From positions 12,222 through 76,221 of the forward strand of contig JBFLYM010000001.1 of assembly GCA_040757035.1 (NCBI GenBank): 64,000 nt of DNA. Reading direction: 5' to 3'. The notes beneath the pieces were generated by a model. The model was not told the origin of the DNA. It saw only the letters and a program-made list of their open reading frames with translations, and did no database searches. Every line of letters starts with the position of its first letter. Position 1 is the first letter of the stretch. This DNA comes from Candidatus Micrarchaeota archaeon (GTDB taxonomy: Archaea; Micrarchaeota; Micrarchaeia; Anstonellales; Bilamarchaeaceae). The position numbers and the translations under genes are program-made. This document shows positions 47,221 through 56,748 of the stretch, in pieces.

Positions 47221-48171
47221 TCATAAGATTTTCACTTTCTTTCCATCAAAATAAATCGTTTCTTCAAATCTTACTCCGAAATCCCTGAAGTAAGCGGCAG
47301 GTTCTACTGCCATCACTGTTCCTTTTATTTCGTCTTTATATTTTTTATTCAATCTCGGATATTCGTGTATGTCTAGTCCAACGCCATGTCCTATGGAATG
47401 CATTGGTTTTGGCAATCGGTATTTTTTAAACAGCTTCTCAGAGAACAGTGCTACTTCACCTCCGTTTTCGAAATTTGGAAATTCATCTATTATCTCGTAA
47501 AAAATGCTTTGAATAATTTCATAAGAGTCAGATACCTTCTTCTCTCTACTAGTAAAAAACATTCTCGTAATGTCCGAACAATAGTTTTCATATTTTACTC
47601 CATAATCAACAAGTATAAAATTTTTTATTCTGGAATGCGAAGGTTTGTAGTGCGGAAATGTGCTGTGTATTCCAGAACATACAATCGGATCAAAGGCTGG
47701 TTTTGTTCCAAGCTCAAACGTACGTATGTGCAGCCAATCGTTCAAACTTTTTTCGTCTTTGAATTCCGAAATCTCAATCAAAGAAAATATTTTTTTGGTT
47801 AGTGAAACTGCTTTTTTTATTTTTTCTAATTCTTCTGGTTTTTTCGCTGCTCTAAATTTAAGAAATTTTTCAGAAAAATTTCTTGTTTTTATAATTTTTA
47901 CCAGTTTTTCATAAATCTTTGCAGGTAAGGACGAATAATCAAGCGCCAATTCTTTTCCCTTCATTAACCGAATAATTTCATCAAGCGGTTTTTCATTGCA
48001 TAGTACTGTTCCTGAAAACAAATACCTTGCAACCCTTTCGTTCAATTTCGGAACAATAAGTATTTCTTTTTTTCCACATTTTAAATAAAACGAATGATCC
48101 ACATCAATTTTTGCGTGATGAAAAAAATTTGCGTTGAATTCATTTCCACGGAATAAAAGCAAATTCTCCAT
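47221..48171 (-). CDS. M24-family metallopeptidase (Xaa-Pro dipeptidase/aminopeptidase).
   Basis: C-terminal pita-bread fold: …HSIGHGVGLDIHEYP… and …VMAVEPAAY…. Confidence 0.7.
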   Translation of the reverse strand: MENLLLFRGNEFNANFFHHAKIDVDHSFYLKCGKKEILIVPKLNERVARYLFSGTVLCNEKPLDEIIRLMKGKELALDYSSLPAKIYEKLVKIIKTRNFSEKFLKFRAAKKPEELEKIKKAVSLTKKIFSLIEISEFKDEKSLNDWLHIRTFELGTKPAFDPIVCSGIHSTFPHYKPSHSRIKNFILVDYGVKYENYCSDITRMFFTSREKKVSDSYEIIQSIFYEIIDEFPNFENGGEVALFSEKLFKKYRLPKPMHSIGHGVGLDIHEYPRLNKKYKDEIKGTVMAVEPAAYFRDFGVRFEETIYFDGKKVKIL

Positions 48172-48180
48172 TTTATCATC

Positions 48181-48831
48181 TTATACATGTACCAAATGCG
48201 CACGTTTTATTTCTGCAGTACCACGCACGCCATCCCATATTATATCCCATTCGTCTATTATTATCCTTTGTTTGAAAAATGGCGCATTGGTTACAAAGGT
48301 TTCGCCTTCCCCACCCTCTAAAAATGGGTGAATATTTTTTGGAAGATGTTTGACTAATTCTGCAAAGGGTTTTGTTAGAAACTTTTTACCCAATCCTTCG
48401 GCTGAAACTGCAACGGTGTAAATCTCAAAATATTTAAGCATTTCATTCAACAAAATTTTTTCCTTGTGCCAAAGAGGAGAGTGTGTGGCAATGCCAAGTT
48501 TTTCACCTATCTGCTCTATCCGCTGTTTTTGATATTCGCTCGCAATTGCACCGGTTATTATCACGTCTGCTCCGAGTTCTGAAATTCCTTGCTCTAAATC
48601 GTTTAATTCTGTTTCCTTCGTTGTTCTTATTACGAAATGTGGAAGCCCAGCAGCCATTGCCTGCATTTTTGTCCATGAAATATTCGGATGATGGAACATC
48701 ATGCTGTATTCTTCGCTTTGAAATGTAAGAAGATTTATATCAAAACCTTGAAATAAAGCCCACCAAGTAGCAAATACGCTATCCTTGCCCCCTGAAAAAA
48801 GGCAAATTGCACGCTTCATCTTATTCATCAA
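48181..48831 (-). CDS. Diphthine-ammonia ligase-like PP-loop ATPase (MJ0570/Dph6 family).
   Basis: PP-loop SGGKDS. …ITGAIASEYQKQRIEQ…EGGEGETFV… is collinear with MJ0570. Confidence 0.8.
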   Translation of the reverse strand: MMNKMKRAICLFSGGKDSVFATWWALFQGFDINLLTFQSEEYSMMFHHPNISWTKMQAMAAGLPHFVIRTTKETELNDLEQGISELGADVIITGAIASEYQKQRIEQIGEKLGIATHSPLWHKEKILLNEMLKYFEIYTVAVSAEGLGKKFLTKPFAELVKHLPKNIHPFLEGGEGETFVTNAPFFKQRIIIDEWDIIWDGVRGTAEIKRAHLVHV

Positions 48832-49081
48832 TGAGTTGTTTTATTTCATCACTCGGTATTTCCGGAGGAATAAATATATTTTCGTCTAAATTAGGCGGAG
48901 TAGTTTGTTGTTGAAGAATAGGTGGTTGTCCGATAATTCCGAGGTGAATTTGCACTGGATTGTTACATTTTGGGCATTTTGCAAATATGGTAAGATCTGA
49001 AATTTCCAAATCAGTAGTTAAAGAAACCGGAAAATCCGTAGAGCACATGGCACATTTGAATACTTTATCTATATTGGTCAT
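48821..49081 (-). CDS. Small zinc-ribbon protein.
   Basis: CAMC…CPKCNN Cys pairs, 86 aa. Confidence 0.35.
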   Translation of the reverse strand: MTNIDKVFKCAMCSTDFPVSLTTDLEISDLTIFAKCPKCNNPVQIHLGIIGQPPILQQQTTPPNLDENIFIPPEIPSDEIKQLIDE

Positions 49082-49117
49082 AAAAAACCTTCTTTTTGTT
49101 ATACTCTTTATATATTT

Positions 49118-49432
49118 TTATATATCTTCTGGAATTAAGTCCAAATCATCAATATTTTCAGAATCTACATCCTCCAGATCACCAAGATCTTCCCCTGAAA
49201 CAAATGATGACATATTAGAAGATACATTAGTTACATTGGTTGCATTAGTGGAAATATTTTCTCCAGAAAGCGCAGGTTCACCTGATGCATTTATTTCTAA
49301 AGGTACCAACGCTTGCGTTTTATTTGACAAGCTTTCAGTTTTTTGTGTGCATCCCACGAATATTAAAAATCCAAAAAGAATGAAACTAAATATAGTATTT
49401 TTTGTATTAATTTTTTTCAATACACCTATCAT
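49118..49432 (-). CDS. Small secreted or lipoprotein-like acidic protein.
   Basis: Signal peptide ending …FLIFVGC. Acidic C-terminus with N-x-S/T sequons. Confidence 0.4.
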   Translation of the reverse strand: MIGVLKKINTKNTIFSFILFGFLIFVGCTQKTESLSNKTQALVPLEINASGEPALSGENISTNATNVTNVSSNMSSFVSGEDLGDLEDVDSENIDDLDLIPEDI

Positions 49433-49446
49433 ATTATCAAACCATA

Positions 49447-50565
49447 TTATTTTTCAGTACTTCTAAGTTTCTTTATAAGTTCTTTCAATTTCTCTTGCGC
49501 TTGTTTAATATCATTTTTTACAATTTCAAATTCACCACTTTGATATGCTCGTCCAACTTCAATCTTTCCAGAAGCATCCATTAATAGTGACTTTATTTCT
49601 CCAAGCATTGAAGAATATCCTTTTGAATTTGCTTCAGAACTTAAAGAGTCAACAACCGCTTCTATTTTGGTTATATGGAATCTTGCCCAAATATGGAGAT
49701 GTTTTTCTCGTGTAGTTTTTATAGTTCTAGTAATATCACTAATATTTTCACTACCAACTGCAGTACTTAATTCGTTCTTTGCATTTTCAGCTTCCTTCAC
49801 CATTATATCCAATTTTGATGTATCTACACTTTTATTTCTAAGAACCTTGATTGTATTATTCATATTTTCAAGATGACTTGTTATTTCATCTATTTGTGCA
49901 CGTGAGAAATTTAAAGCGACTGTTCGTATGCATCTCGTTTGTGTATCTTTTGCTGTTCCGATAAATGTTTTGAAATTAGTGTTCTCTTCAATTCTTCCTG
50001 TAATGCTATTTCTTGTTGGCCGTGCAATGGCTCTAATGGTTTGTGTAGCGTGTGTTAAACCACTCCTTGTTGACATTATTGTATTCTTAAATTCATTTTT
50101 ATTTTTTGCACTTGCAACAGTTTTTAGTGAAGTAGTATCAGCTGTAAGCCTTGAAACAGCATTCATAATCGAATTTGTATCAGAAATCCCGCCTGTCAAA
50201 TTGTTTTGATTGGCATAATCTAAAATTGATGTAACAGTCGTTGTTCTGCACTCAATTATTCTTGAGCGTAATTCCATTGTATTTGGTTTAATTGTATTTG
50301 GTTTATACGCAATAACTCCTCTAGTAATTTTGTTTCTTGTATTTGAGTCAGAAATTACATTGTCTGCAGATCTATTCCAAAATGCGCTTCCATTTGCGTT
50401 TTTTATTGTATGTGCATCTGTTGTAGCTATATCTGTGTTAGAACCAGTTACACGATCTGCAGATCCATTCAAATCCAAATATGTTTCCGAGTCTGTATTT
50501 TCAGTATTTTTAGCAAAAACACATGTAAACAACAGTATCCCTAAAAATATAAATATTAATTTCAT
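49447..50565 (-). CDS. Secreted protein rich in N-glycosylation sequons.
   Basis: N-terminal signal peptide. More than 15 N-x-S/T sequons. Thr/Ser/Asn-rich. 372 aa. Confidence 0.45.
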   Translation of the reverse strand: MKLIFIFLGILLFTCVFAKNTENTDSETYLDLNGSADRVTGSNTDIATTDAHTIKNANGSAFWNRSADNVISDSNTRNKITRGVIAYKPNTIKPNTMELRSRIIECRTTTVTSILDYANQNNLTGGISDTNSIMNAVSRLTADTTSLKTVASAKNKNEFKNTIMSTRSGLTHATQTIRAIARPTRNSITGRIEENTNFKTFIGTAKDTQTRCIRTVALNFSRAQIDEITSHLENMNNTIKVLRNKSVDTSKLDIMVKEAENAKNELSTAVGSENISDITRTIKTTREKHLHIWARFHITKIEAVVDSLSSEANSKGYSSMLGEIKSLLMDASGKIEVGRAYQSGEFEIVKNDIKQAQEKLKELIKKLRSTEK

Positions 50566-50738
50566 AATATCGCTTTTTATTTTTTATTTCTTACAGCGAT
50601 TAAGGACTCAATTTAGCTTTTGGTCCTTGGTCTTCATGTTAATTAAGCTAAATTTGTCTATCAGTCTAAATTTAAAAAGTTATCTTTTCTATAAAGTAAG
50701 CATAAGTAGAAATATTGGTAGGAATTATGTATACCGAT

Positions 50739-51416
50739 AAAATTCTCAATAAAAAAATAGAAATAATTCCTGCTATTCTGGTAAAAACAAGAAAAATTCT
50801 TGTTGAATACATAAAAAAAGTAGAACGATATGTAAAGCGAATTCATATAGATATAATGGATAATAAATTTGTTCCAAACCTAACTTTAGGAACTAAAGAA
50901 CTTAATGAACTTCCGCAGAATGTAGCATACGAATTTCATTGGATGGTGTACACCCCGGAAAAATGGATAATAAAAACAAAGCAAAAATATCCAAAAGCAA
51001 AACAAAAATATTTTCATATTGTTCATATAGAAGTAATAGACAAGAATTGGGAGCAAATAAAAAAAGCAGTAAAAAATGTGCATGGAAATATTGGTTTAGC
51101 GATAAATCCTGAAACTCCGATAAAAAAAGTTTTCCCGTACATAAGAGATGTGAAAAAAGTTTTGATAATGTCTGTTCATCCTGGTTTTTCAGGGCAGAAG
51201 TATATCAAAAAAGTTGAAAAGAAAATTTTGATTTTGAGAAAAAAATTTCCAAGACTAGATATTGAAGTAGATGGTGGAATAAACAGCAAAACTGTTATTT
51301 CAGCTATAAAATCAGGGGCAAATAAAATTGCGGTTGCGAGCGCAGTATTTGATACTAAAAATGCGAAAAGAGCAATAGAAAAACTTAGAAAAATTATTGT
51401 TCAACATACTGATTAA
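50739..51416 (+). CDS. rpe: Ribulose-phosphate 3-epimerase.
   Basis: …IHIDIMDNKFVPNLTLG…SVHPGFSGQKY…VDGGIN… A TATA-like ttctataaag lies about 50 nt upstream, so the ATG at 50739 is preferred over the TTG at 50715. Confidence 0.85.
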   Translation, partial: KILNKKIEIIPAILVKTRKILVEYIKKVERYVKRIHIDIMDNKFVPNLTLGTKELNELPQNVAYEFHWMVYTPEKWIIKTKQKYPKAKQKYFHIVHIEVIDKNWEQIKKAVKNVHGNIGLAINPETPIKKVFPYIRDVKKVLIMSVHPGFSGQKYIKKVEKKILILRKKFPRLDIEVDGGINSKTVISAIKSGANKIAVASAVFDTKNAKRAIEKLRKIIVQHTD

Positions 51417-52284
51417 CGTGTTGATCGCTATGCGCGCTAAAATTACAAACTTGAAACAATTGAATCTTATTGCGAATACAATAAGACAAAACGTAATTAA
51501 AATGCTTCATGAAGCAAAAAGCGGGCATTCTGCAGGTTCGCTCGGACTCGCTGATATTTTTACCGCGCTTTATTTTAATGTTTTATATCACGATCCGCAA
51601 AACCCGCAATGGGATGATCGAGATAGGTTGATTTTGTCCAATGGGCATGTTTGTCCAGTTTTATACGCTACGCTGGCTAATGCAGATTATTTTCCAAAAA
51701 CAGAACTCATGACATTACGAAAACTTGGTTCGCGACTTCAAGGGCACCCACACAAAGGCACACTTCCCGGCATAGAAAATTCATCTGGTCCGCTTGCACA
51801 GGGGCTTTCTCAAGCGGTTGGAATGGCGATAGTTTCAAAGGCAGAAAAAAAGAAATGGCGCGTATATTGCATAGTCAGCGATGGAGAACAGCAGGAAGGA
51901 CAGAATTGGGAGGCGGTGATGTTGGCTGTAAAATATAAACTTGGGAATTTAACCGTAATAATGGATAGAAATAACATACAGATAGATGGTTTTACAGAGG
52001 AAATAATGCCTCTTGAACCAATTGTAGATAAATACAAGTCGTTTGGTTGGCATGTAATCCAGGTGGATGGGCATAACATTCAAAAAGTAATAGAAGCGTG
52101 CGAGGAGAGCAAAGCGATTTATGAAAGACCGACAATAATTATTGCGCACACAATTCCTGGAAAAGGAATACCGTTTATGGAATTTTTGGCTGAATGGCAT
52201 GGAAAAACGCCGAGTAAGGAAGAAGCGGAAAAGGCGATGGACATTTTGCTTGAATCTAGAAAAGAAATAGAAAATGAAGCGTAA
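51397..52284 (+). CDS. tkt: Transketolase, N-terminal (TPP-binding) subunit.
   Basis: …GHSAGSLG…LSNGH…GPLAQGLSQAVGMA…SDGEQQEG…. Confidence 0.9.
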   Translation: MFNILINVLIAMRAKITNLKQLNLIANTIRQNVIKMLHEAKSGHSAGSLGLADIFTALYFNVLYHDPQNPQWDDRDRLILSNGHVCPVLYATLANADYFPKTELMTLRKLGSRLQGHPHKGTLPGIENSSGPLAQGLSQAVGMAIVSKAEKKKWRVYCIVSDGEQQEGQNWEAVMLAVKYKLGNLTVIMDRNNIQIDGFTEEIMPLEPIVDKYKSFGWHVIQVDGHNIQKVIEACEESKAIYERPTIIIAHTIPGKGIPFMEFLAEWHGKTPSKEEAEKAMDILLESRKEIENEA

Positions 52285-52365
52285 ATGGTGTAAATGATTT
52301 TATAAAATGATTTTATATAATCTTATGATTTTAGTAATTTTGTTTAGACTGATTAATGTGATTTT

Positions 52366-53382
52366 GTGCTCAATCCAGAAATGCATCTTGATTTGAACGG
52401 AAAACAGAGTTCGCTACGCGATGGATTTGGAAAATCCTTATTGGCGCTTGGCGAACAAGATCCAAATCTATGGGTTATTACTGCGGATGTCGCAGAGTCA
52501 ACTCGCGTTCATTGGTTCGCTGAAAAATTCCCAAAAAGATTTGTGCAGGTTGGCATTGCCGAACAAAACATGGCGAGTGTTGCGTCTGGAATCGCAGCGT
52601 GCGGAAAAACAGTGGTAATTTCATCATTCGGGGCCTTTAATCCAGGAAGAAATTTTGATCAGATAAGAGTTTCAATATGTTATAATAATGTAAAAGTAAT
52701 TATACATGCATCGCATACTGGGATTACTGTAGGCGCTGATGGCGCGTCGCACCAAATGTTGGAAGATATTGCAATGATGCGCGCGCTTCCAAACATCGCT
52801 GTAATTGTTCCTGCTGATGCCGAAGAAGCGAGAAAAGCGACTATTGCTGCGCATTCTTTGGGATATCCCGCATATATTCGCACTGGAAGGGAAAAATTTC
52901 CGGATTTTACAACTTCTGAAACTCCGTTTGGATTAGGAAAGGCAAACGTACTGCGCGACGGAAAAGACATAGTGATTTTTGCGTGCGGAGTGGAAGTTCT
53001 TCAATCCCTCAAAGCAGCTGAAATACTTGAGAAGGATGGAATAAGCGCAGCAGTAATAAACGTGCATACCATCAAACCGATCGACTGTGAAACCATAATA
53101 AAATATTCAAAAAAATGCGGGCTTGCTATTTCGGTTGAGGAGCACCAGATAAATGGCGGATTGGGAAGTGCAATTGCTGAGGTAATTAGCGAATATGTTT
53201 GCGTTCCACTTAAACGGCACGGTATTTACAATACATTTGCAGAATCAGGCGAAGCATCAGAACTTATGAAAAAATATAAACTAGATGCACAGGGAATTTA
53301 CGAAGTTGTGAAAAAAACTATTAGCGATTGTAAAGAGATAGAATATAGGAAAATGCATATTCACTTGGATGAGTATAAATGA
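52366..53382 (+). CDS. tkt: Transketolase, C-terminal (pyrimidine-binding) subunit.
   Basis: …FVQVGIAEQNMASVASGIA…SSFGAF… and a C-terminal transketolase C domain. Confidence 0.9.
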   Translation: MLNPEMHLDLNGKQSSLRDGFGKSLLALGEQDPNLWVITADVAESTRVHWFAEKFPKRFVQVGIAEQNMASVASGIAACGKTVVISSFGAFNPGRNFDQIRVSICYNNVKVIIHASHTGITVGADGASHQMLEDIAMMRALPNIAVIVPADAEEARKATIAAHSLGYPAYIRTGREKFPDFTTSETPFGLGKANVLRDGKDIVIFACGVEVLQSLKAAEILEKDGISAAVINVHTIKPIDCETIIKYSKKCGLAISVEEHQINGGLGSAIAEVISEYVCVPLKRHGIYNTFAESGEASELMKKYKLDAQGIYEVVKKTISDCKEIEYRKMHIHLDEYK

Positions 53383-53399
53383 AAGATTAAAAAAGAAAG

Positions 53400-54227
53400 T
53401 TGATTTCGTTGGAAAACATAAAAGAAGAGATGAACGTAAACGAACTGAGCGTAAACGAACAAATCGAACAAATTAACGATGCGTGGAAAGACATATGTAA
53501 GGTATTGTTCGGCGAAGAAATAGGACCATTAAAAGAATATGCAGATTACCTCGTTAAATATGTAGATATTTCCCTAAACAGAAAGAAATCCGCGTTGTCT
53601 GGAAAGTCAGTTATAACTGCGTCAAAGAATGTACATCAGAATGCGAAATTCATACGCAACGATGAAATCTCGATTTTTGAAAAAAGAATTGGAAACAAAC
53701 CTTTAGATATAAACAAAATAAAGGATTTTGACTCGCTAATCGAATGCGTGCAAGAAAAAGTATTTTACGCAGGTGATATTGTTCTCGGAAATTCAAAAAA
53801 CGTAGAAAAATCAGATAGATGTGTGAATGCATGTTATGTTTATTGGTCTCAAGATGTTTACGCTAGCAAATATATTGTGTATTCGGATTCAATAAAAGTA
53901 TGCGAGTATCTATTTGGATGTAGTGCAGCGGGAGAAACAAAATACGGAATCAAGAATTTCGAAGCACACAAAACTATAAGGTGTTTGGAAGTTTATCGCA
54001 CATACACTTCGTCTGATTGCTATTTTACCGGTAATCTAGAATGTTGCAACAATTGTATGTTTTCCTTTAACTTACGAAACAAAAACCGCATGATCGGTAA
54101 TGTTCAATTTTCCAAGGAAGAATACTCTTCGCTGAAACAAAAACTAATTGAAGATATTCGAGATAGTTTACAAGCAAAAAAGTTTATTCTTAGTATAATA
54201 GATATAATTCGTGAGGGTCATGAATGA
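53400..54227 (+). CDS. Cys-rich protein of unknown function, paralog 1. Degenerate 12-residue Cys repeats in the C-terminal half.
   Basis: …CYFTGNLECCNNCMFSFNLRNKNRMIGN… No signal peptide. Homologous to the next ORF (shared VEKSD…MF.FN…K.R.IGN…EY). Confidence 0.45.
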   Translation: MISLENIKEEMNVNELSVNEQIEQINDAWKDICKVLFGEEIGPLKEYADYLVKYVDISLNRKKSALSGKSVITASKNVHQNAKFIRNDEISIFEKRIGNKPLDINKIKDFDSLIECVQEKVFYAGDIVLGNSKNVEKSDRCVNACYVYWSQDVYASKYIVYSDSIKVCEYLFGCSAAGETKYGIKNFEAHKTIRCLEVYRTYTSSDCYFTGNLECCNNCMFSFNLRNKNRMIGNVQFSKEEYSSLKQKLIEDIRDSLQAKKFILSIIDIIREGHE

Positions 54228-54990
54228 GGAAATGAAAAAAAGAATGGAAAACGCGTTTGAATCCACATCGCAAATCATATTCAGAAAAAGACTTTGCGGA
54301 CTCGATAATTATTCGGATTGGCTTAGTTTACATGTAAGCAAACCATTAGAACGAAGTTCGGCTATAAGCAAACAAACAGTATACTGTCCAAATATTTTAT
54401 TTTTCAAATTTTTAGGAAATGGTATTGTAACACTTGCCGAGTCAATCGAATTAGGAAAAAAAAGCATTTTGAAAGAGGATGCAGAAAATCTAACATTGTC
54501 AAATGCAACTCTCCTACTGAAAGAAATAAGCTATACAACAACAGAAGCAGTTGTTGGGACTAATCTCGATGTTGAAAAATCCGATATATACGGATATTCT
54601 TATCATTGTTATAACGGTACTTATTTTGTTTACAGTAAATATTGCGCATATTGTTTTTGGCCAAGGGAATCTGAATATTGTTTTGGTTCGGTATATACAT
54701 TCAATTCGAAATTTTGCATAAAATGTTATTATTCGACTAATCTTACGCGATGTTTTGAAATGCTCAATTGTTATAATTGTAGCGATTGTTATTTCTGCTA
54801 CAATTCGGAAAATTTAATGGAATGTATGTTTTGCTTCAACACGAAAAGCAAGAGATATGCCATAGGGAATATTAAAGTAGGAAAAGAAAACTATGTTAAA
54901 ATAAAGAAAATTATGATGGATGAAATAGTGAAAAGGCTGGAAAAAGACAAAAAAATAGATATTAACATCTATAACATTGAAAAATATTGA
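54211..54990 (+). CDS. Cys-rich protein of unknown function, paralog 2. Six or more tandem 12-residue units, each ending in Cys.
   Basis: YHCYNGTYFVYSKYC|AYCFWPRESEYC|FGSVYTFNSKFC|IKCYYSTNLTRC|FEMLNCYNCSDC|YFCYNSENLMEC|MFCFNTK. 17-nt overlap with paralog 1. Confidence 0.45.
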   Translation: MRVMNEEMKKRMENAFESTSQIIFRKRLCGLDNYSDWLSLHVSKPLERSSAISKQTVYCPNILFFKFLGNGIVTLAESIELGKKSILKEDAENLTLSNATLLLKEISYTTTEAVVGTNLDVEKSDIYGYSYHCYNGTYFVYSKYCAYCFWPRESEYCFGSVYTFNSKFCIKCYYSTNLTRCFEMLNCYNCSDCYFCYNSENLMECMFCFNTKSKRYAIGNIKVGKENYVKIKKIMMDEIVKRLEKDKKIDINIYNIEKY

Positions 54991-55113
54991 AATGCAAGTG
55001 GATGTTAGTGAAAAGCTTTTTAAATTTTATGACATACTAAATGTATATTCATGTAAGGTTCTCTGCCAGGAATGATTTTTATTAATCTTGTTTGGGATAA
55101 TTTATTCTCAGTT

Positions 55114-55226
55114 TGGGCTCGCGCGGAATCGGACCGCGAATCTTTACCGTGTCAGGGTAATGTCTTTTACAGCTACTTAAATTAAACAAGATTTAAGTTA
55201 AGTAGTAACCATTCGACTACGAGCCC
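55114..55226 (-). tRNA. tRNA-Val(GAC) with a ~40-nt non-canonical intron between the D-arm and the anticodon stem.
   Basis: Minus-strand read: acceptor GGGCTCG/CGAGCCC plus discriminator A. D-arm GTCG-AATGGTTA-CTAC (one mismatch). Anticodon arm TTACC-CTGACAC-GGTAA. Variable loop AGATT. T-arm CGCGG-TCCGATT-CCGCG. The intron contains the hairpin cttaaat…atttaag. Confidence 0.55.
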
Positions 55227-55269
55227 ATGATTGCTTTTGCTATATCTATAAAATATAGGATGTTCAATC

Positions 55270-55668
55270 TTAAAAATTTATTTTTATTTTGTCTTTATCT
55301 TTTTTCATAAGTTTATTTTTTAAATTTACTGTTGAAATTATTTCAATTATTTCAAAAGGATGGCGAGTACGTAGTGGAATTACTAATGCGCATTTTATTT
55401 TGTTAATTGTACACGGATATGTAAATAAATCTCCAAATGTTCTTTTTCCTCTTTTAAATCCCTTTATGATAATTGGTTCTGAATTTTTCAGGTAATATGT
55501 TTTCTTTGTGGTTTCTTCTGGCAATAATCTTATATTAAGCGTCCCTTCATAAGGATTAAAACCAAGTTTTTCTTTAATTTGTTTTTTGTATTCAGAAAAT
55601 GCCATATAATATTTTCCTTCACCGAACCCTGAGACTATTGTTCCTAAAATTGTAAACATTTCTATCAT
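55270..55668 (-). CDS. ribK: CTP-dependent riboflavin kinase, archaeal type (RibK).
   Basis: …GTIVSGFGEGKYYMAF…LGFNPYEGTLNIRL… is collinear with MJ0056. Confidence 0.8.
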   Translation of the reverse strand: MIEMFTILGTIVSGFGEGKYYMAFSEYKKQIKEKLGFNPYEGTLNIRLLPEETTKKTYYLKNSEPIIIKGFKRGKRTFGDLFTYPCTINKIKCALVIPLRTRHPFEIIEIISTVNLKNKLMKKDKDKIKINF

Positions 55669-55752
55669 TTTTTATTTTGTTTTCGTTTCATCTTATCAGT
55701 ATTTATTAATATTAGTAAATAACTTTATTAATACAAAATTCATAATATTTTT

Positions 55753-56055
55753 GGGCTAGGGCGGGGTTAGGGGTCCCGGGAAGTTTTGGCTTCCACAACC
55801 GCAATCCTCCTTTAAGCGGACCGAAAACCCGTGGCGTTAATGATGTTTGAGATTCTTCTCAAATATTGACGCAATGTTTTTTTAGAATGAACTTGGGCTT
55901 AAGCGCTGAAGTTTTGCCCTATATTGCGTTGTGTTACGTGAATCTGGCCAGGCCGGAAGGAGCAACCATAAGCGTAATATGGTGTGTTTATAGAATCCAA
56001 AACTGAGCAGATGTCTAAGGCAACATTCCAAAAAAATTTAGCAAAACGGGATGCC
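55753..56055 (+). ncRNA. ffs: Candidate signal recognition particle RNA (7S/SRP RNA). The 3' boundary is uncertain.
   Basis: GC-rich island in an AT-rich spacer. Contains ctGGCCAGGCCGGAAGGAGCAACc (55944-55967), which matches the universally conserved SRP RNA helix-8 motif. A 5' GGG-rich start lies about 190 nt upstream, as in archaeal SRP RNAs. Confidence 0.5.
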
Positions 56056-56070
56056 CATTTATTTTTATTT

Positions 56071-56568
56071 TTAGGTATATACCATAGTTTCAGAACAAGC
56101 GCTAAATCTGCGTTTTTGTCCATCATATTCAAAAAGACCGACGTAAGTTCCCCAACCAACAAAAAGTTTATGGAATTTTTCCTTATCTTGAATCGGATAT
56201 TTTTCGCTTATTTTTTTGAAAAGTGCATCTTCTGAAATTTTTTGTTCTTTTTTAAGTATAGTCGTAGTCATGTTAAACGGCTCTATTGTTAAAATTTTCT
56301 TTTTAAATATTTTTTTCTTGTCATCCACTGTTCCAAGACTAAGCGCTTCGCCATAAATGGTAAGCGTAGCTATCCCGTTATTTACCTTAAGAAGTCCGAA
56401 AAGCTTTGCCATATCTACTACTGCGCCCAATTCGTCTATTGGCATCCGTAATTCTTCGCTAAGAAATGAAATTTTCACCTGTGCGCCGTATGAATAAAGT
56501 ACTTCTATTAATCCAAGTACTCTACCTACACTTGCGTCAGGAATAGGGACTATTTTGTGTTTAACCAT
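56071..56568 (-). CDS. Hypothetical protein.
   Basis: 165-aa ORF with good periodicity and no assignable motif. Confidence 0.4.
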   Translation of the reverse strand: MVKHKIVPIPDASVGRVLGLIEVLYSYGAQVKISFLSEELRMPIDELGAVVDMAKLFGLLKVNNGIATLTIYGEALSLGTVDDKKKIFKKKILTIEPFNMTTTILKKEQKISEDALFKKISEKYPIQDKEKFHKLFVGWGTYVGLFEYDGQKRRFSACSETMVYT

Positions 56569-56748
56569 ATAAATAATATTCAGATAAAATGTTTAAAAGC
56601 CATTCCTTTAGGTTTTTTTAGATTTTTTTGAGTTTTGTTTGAGCACCCACCTAAAAAACATTCGAACGACAAATCATTCGAAATACATCCCTTTTTCTTT
56701 TAGAAAAAGAAAAAGGTCTGTATCAACCCCAAAAAAAACTAATCGTTT

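Noticed and set aside
46618-48831. PP-loop ATPase at 48181-48831 as the missing GuaA subunit B next to guaAA.
   Set aside because: The sequence is collinear with the MJ0570/Dph6 diphthine-ammonia ligase family (SGGKDS…EGGEGETFV). It is only 216 aa and lacks the GMP-synthase C-terminal dimerisation domain.
55899-56162. 87-aa minus-strand ORF.
   Set aside because: It overlaps the GC-rich candidate SRP RNA and the conserved helix-8 motif. It is more likely non-coding.
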